Positions 63,371-64,000 of a DNA stretch of 64,000 nt are shown one piece after another (the stretch's first letter is position 1; every line of letters starts with the position of its first letter). Where the stretch lies: contig NW_026854266.1 of the NCBI RefSeq assembly GCF_026571515.1, forward strand, positions 186,001 to 250,000, in the 5' to 3' direction. The notes beneath the pieces are model-generated. The model saw only the letters and a list, made by a program, of their open reading frames with translations. It made no database searches and had not been told where the DNA came from. This stretch comes from Ruditapes philippinarum (lineage: Eukaryota). The position numbers and the translations under genes are program-made.

Positions 63371-64000
63371 AAATGTGTCCATAGGACACGGATGCCCCCA
63401 CACACCACTGTTCTGTCAATCTTATGACTCTAGGTCAAATATTTTTTGGACTACATGTGCCACAAGTTAAAAACTAAAAATCAACAAAGGGCCATAATTC
63501 TGTTAAATTTGGTCGCAGCAAAAATTCCTACCTTTACTACCATCTACACATTAAGGTTGTTAATCCCTGGAAGTTTAAGCAAAATCGGCCATGCGGTTTA
63601 AGAGGAGTTGCATTCACAAAATTTCTATATAGTATATAGTGAAACTAGAAATGTGTCCATAGGACACGGATGCCCCCACACGCCACTTTTCTGTCAATCT
63701 TATGACTCTAGGTCAAGTATTTTTTTGGACTACATGTGCCACAAGTTGAAAACTAAAAATCAACAAAGGGCCATAATTCTGTTAAATTTGGTCGCAGCAA
63801 AAATTCCTTCCTTTACTACCATCTACACATGAAGGTTGTTCATCCCTGGAAGTTTAAGCAAAATCTGCCATCCGGTTTAAGAGGAGTTGCGTTCACAAAA
63901 TTTCTGCATAGTATATAGTGAAAAAATCAACAAAAGGCCATTATTCTGTTAAATTTGGTCGCAGCAAAAATTCCTTCCTTTACTACCATCTACACATTAA
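63366..64000 (-). mobile_element. Helentron/HINE-like element (3' end), second copy starting at 63644; 167-bp core; runs off the window
   Basis: On the minus strand it ends GTGTCC-TAT-GGACAC hairpin + ATTTCTAGT in a T run; core repeats at 63761 and 63928. Confidence 0.75.

Overview
AT-rich animal genomic DNA. The repeat families look like those of a bivalve mollusc (inference). I assembled exons by hand, checking GT-AG sites and phase. This gives two complete, divergently oriented genes. DCTN4 (dynactin p62) is on the minus strand with 13 coding exons (25769->4860, 460 aa). MARF1/limkain-b1 is on the plus strand with 23 coding exons (31767->54672, about 1745 aa); it has an NYN nuclease, 2 RRMs, about 8 LOTUS-like units and a C-terminal RIAAKF motif. 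The last coding exon of a convergent B3GNTL1/QTGAL gene lies at 60531->60451 and is missed by the ORF track. The intron upstream of that exon appears to hold a minimal hammerhead ribozyme motif and a nested antisense two-exon gene whose reading frame ends exactly at a Helentron-type insertion. Introns are packed with non-autonomous elements: nested Helentron/HINE-like elements with 164-167 bp satellite cores, hAT-, Mutator- and Kolobok-like MITEs, tRNA-derived SINEs, and a TSD-less 169-bp MITE inserted twice into GTCY microsatellites. Most short ORFs in the track are spurious. No databases were searched; family assignments are from recognition of motifs.
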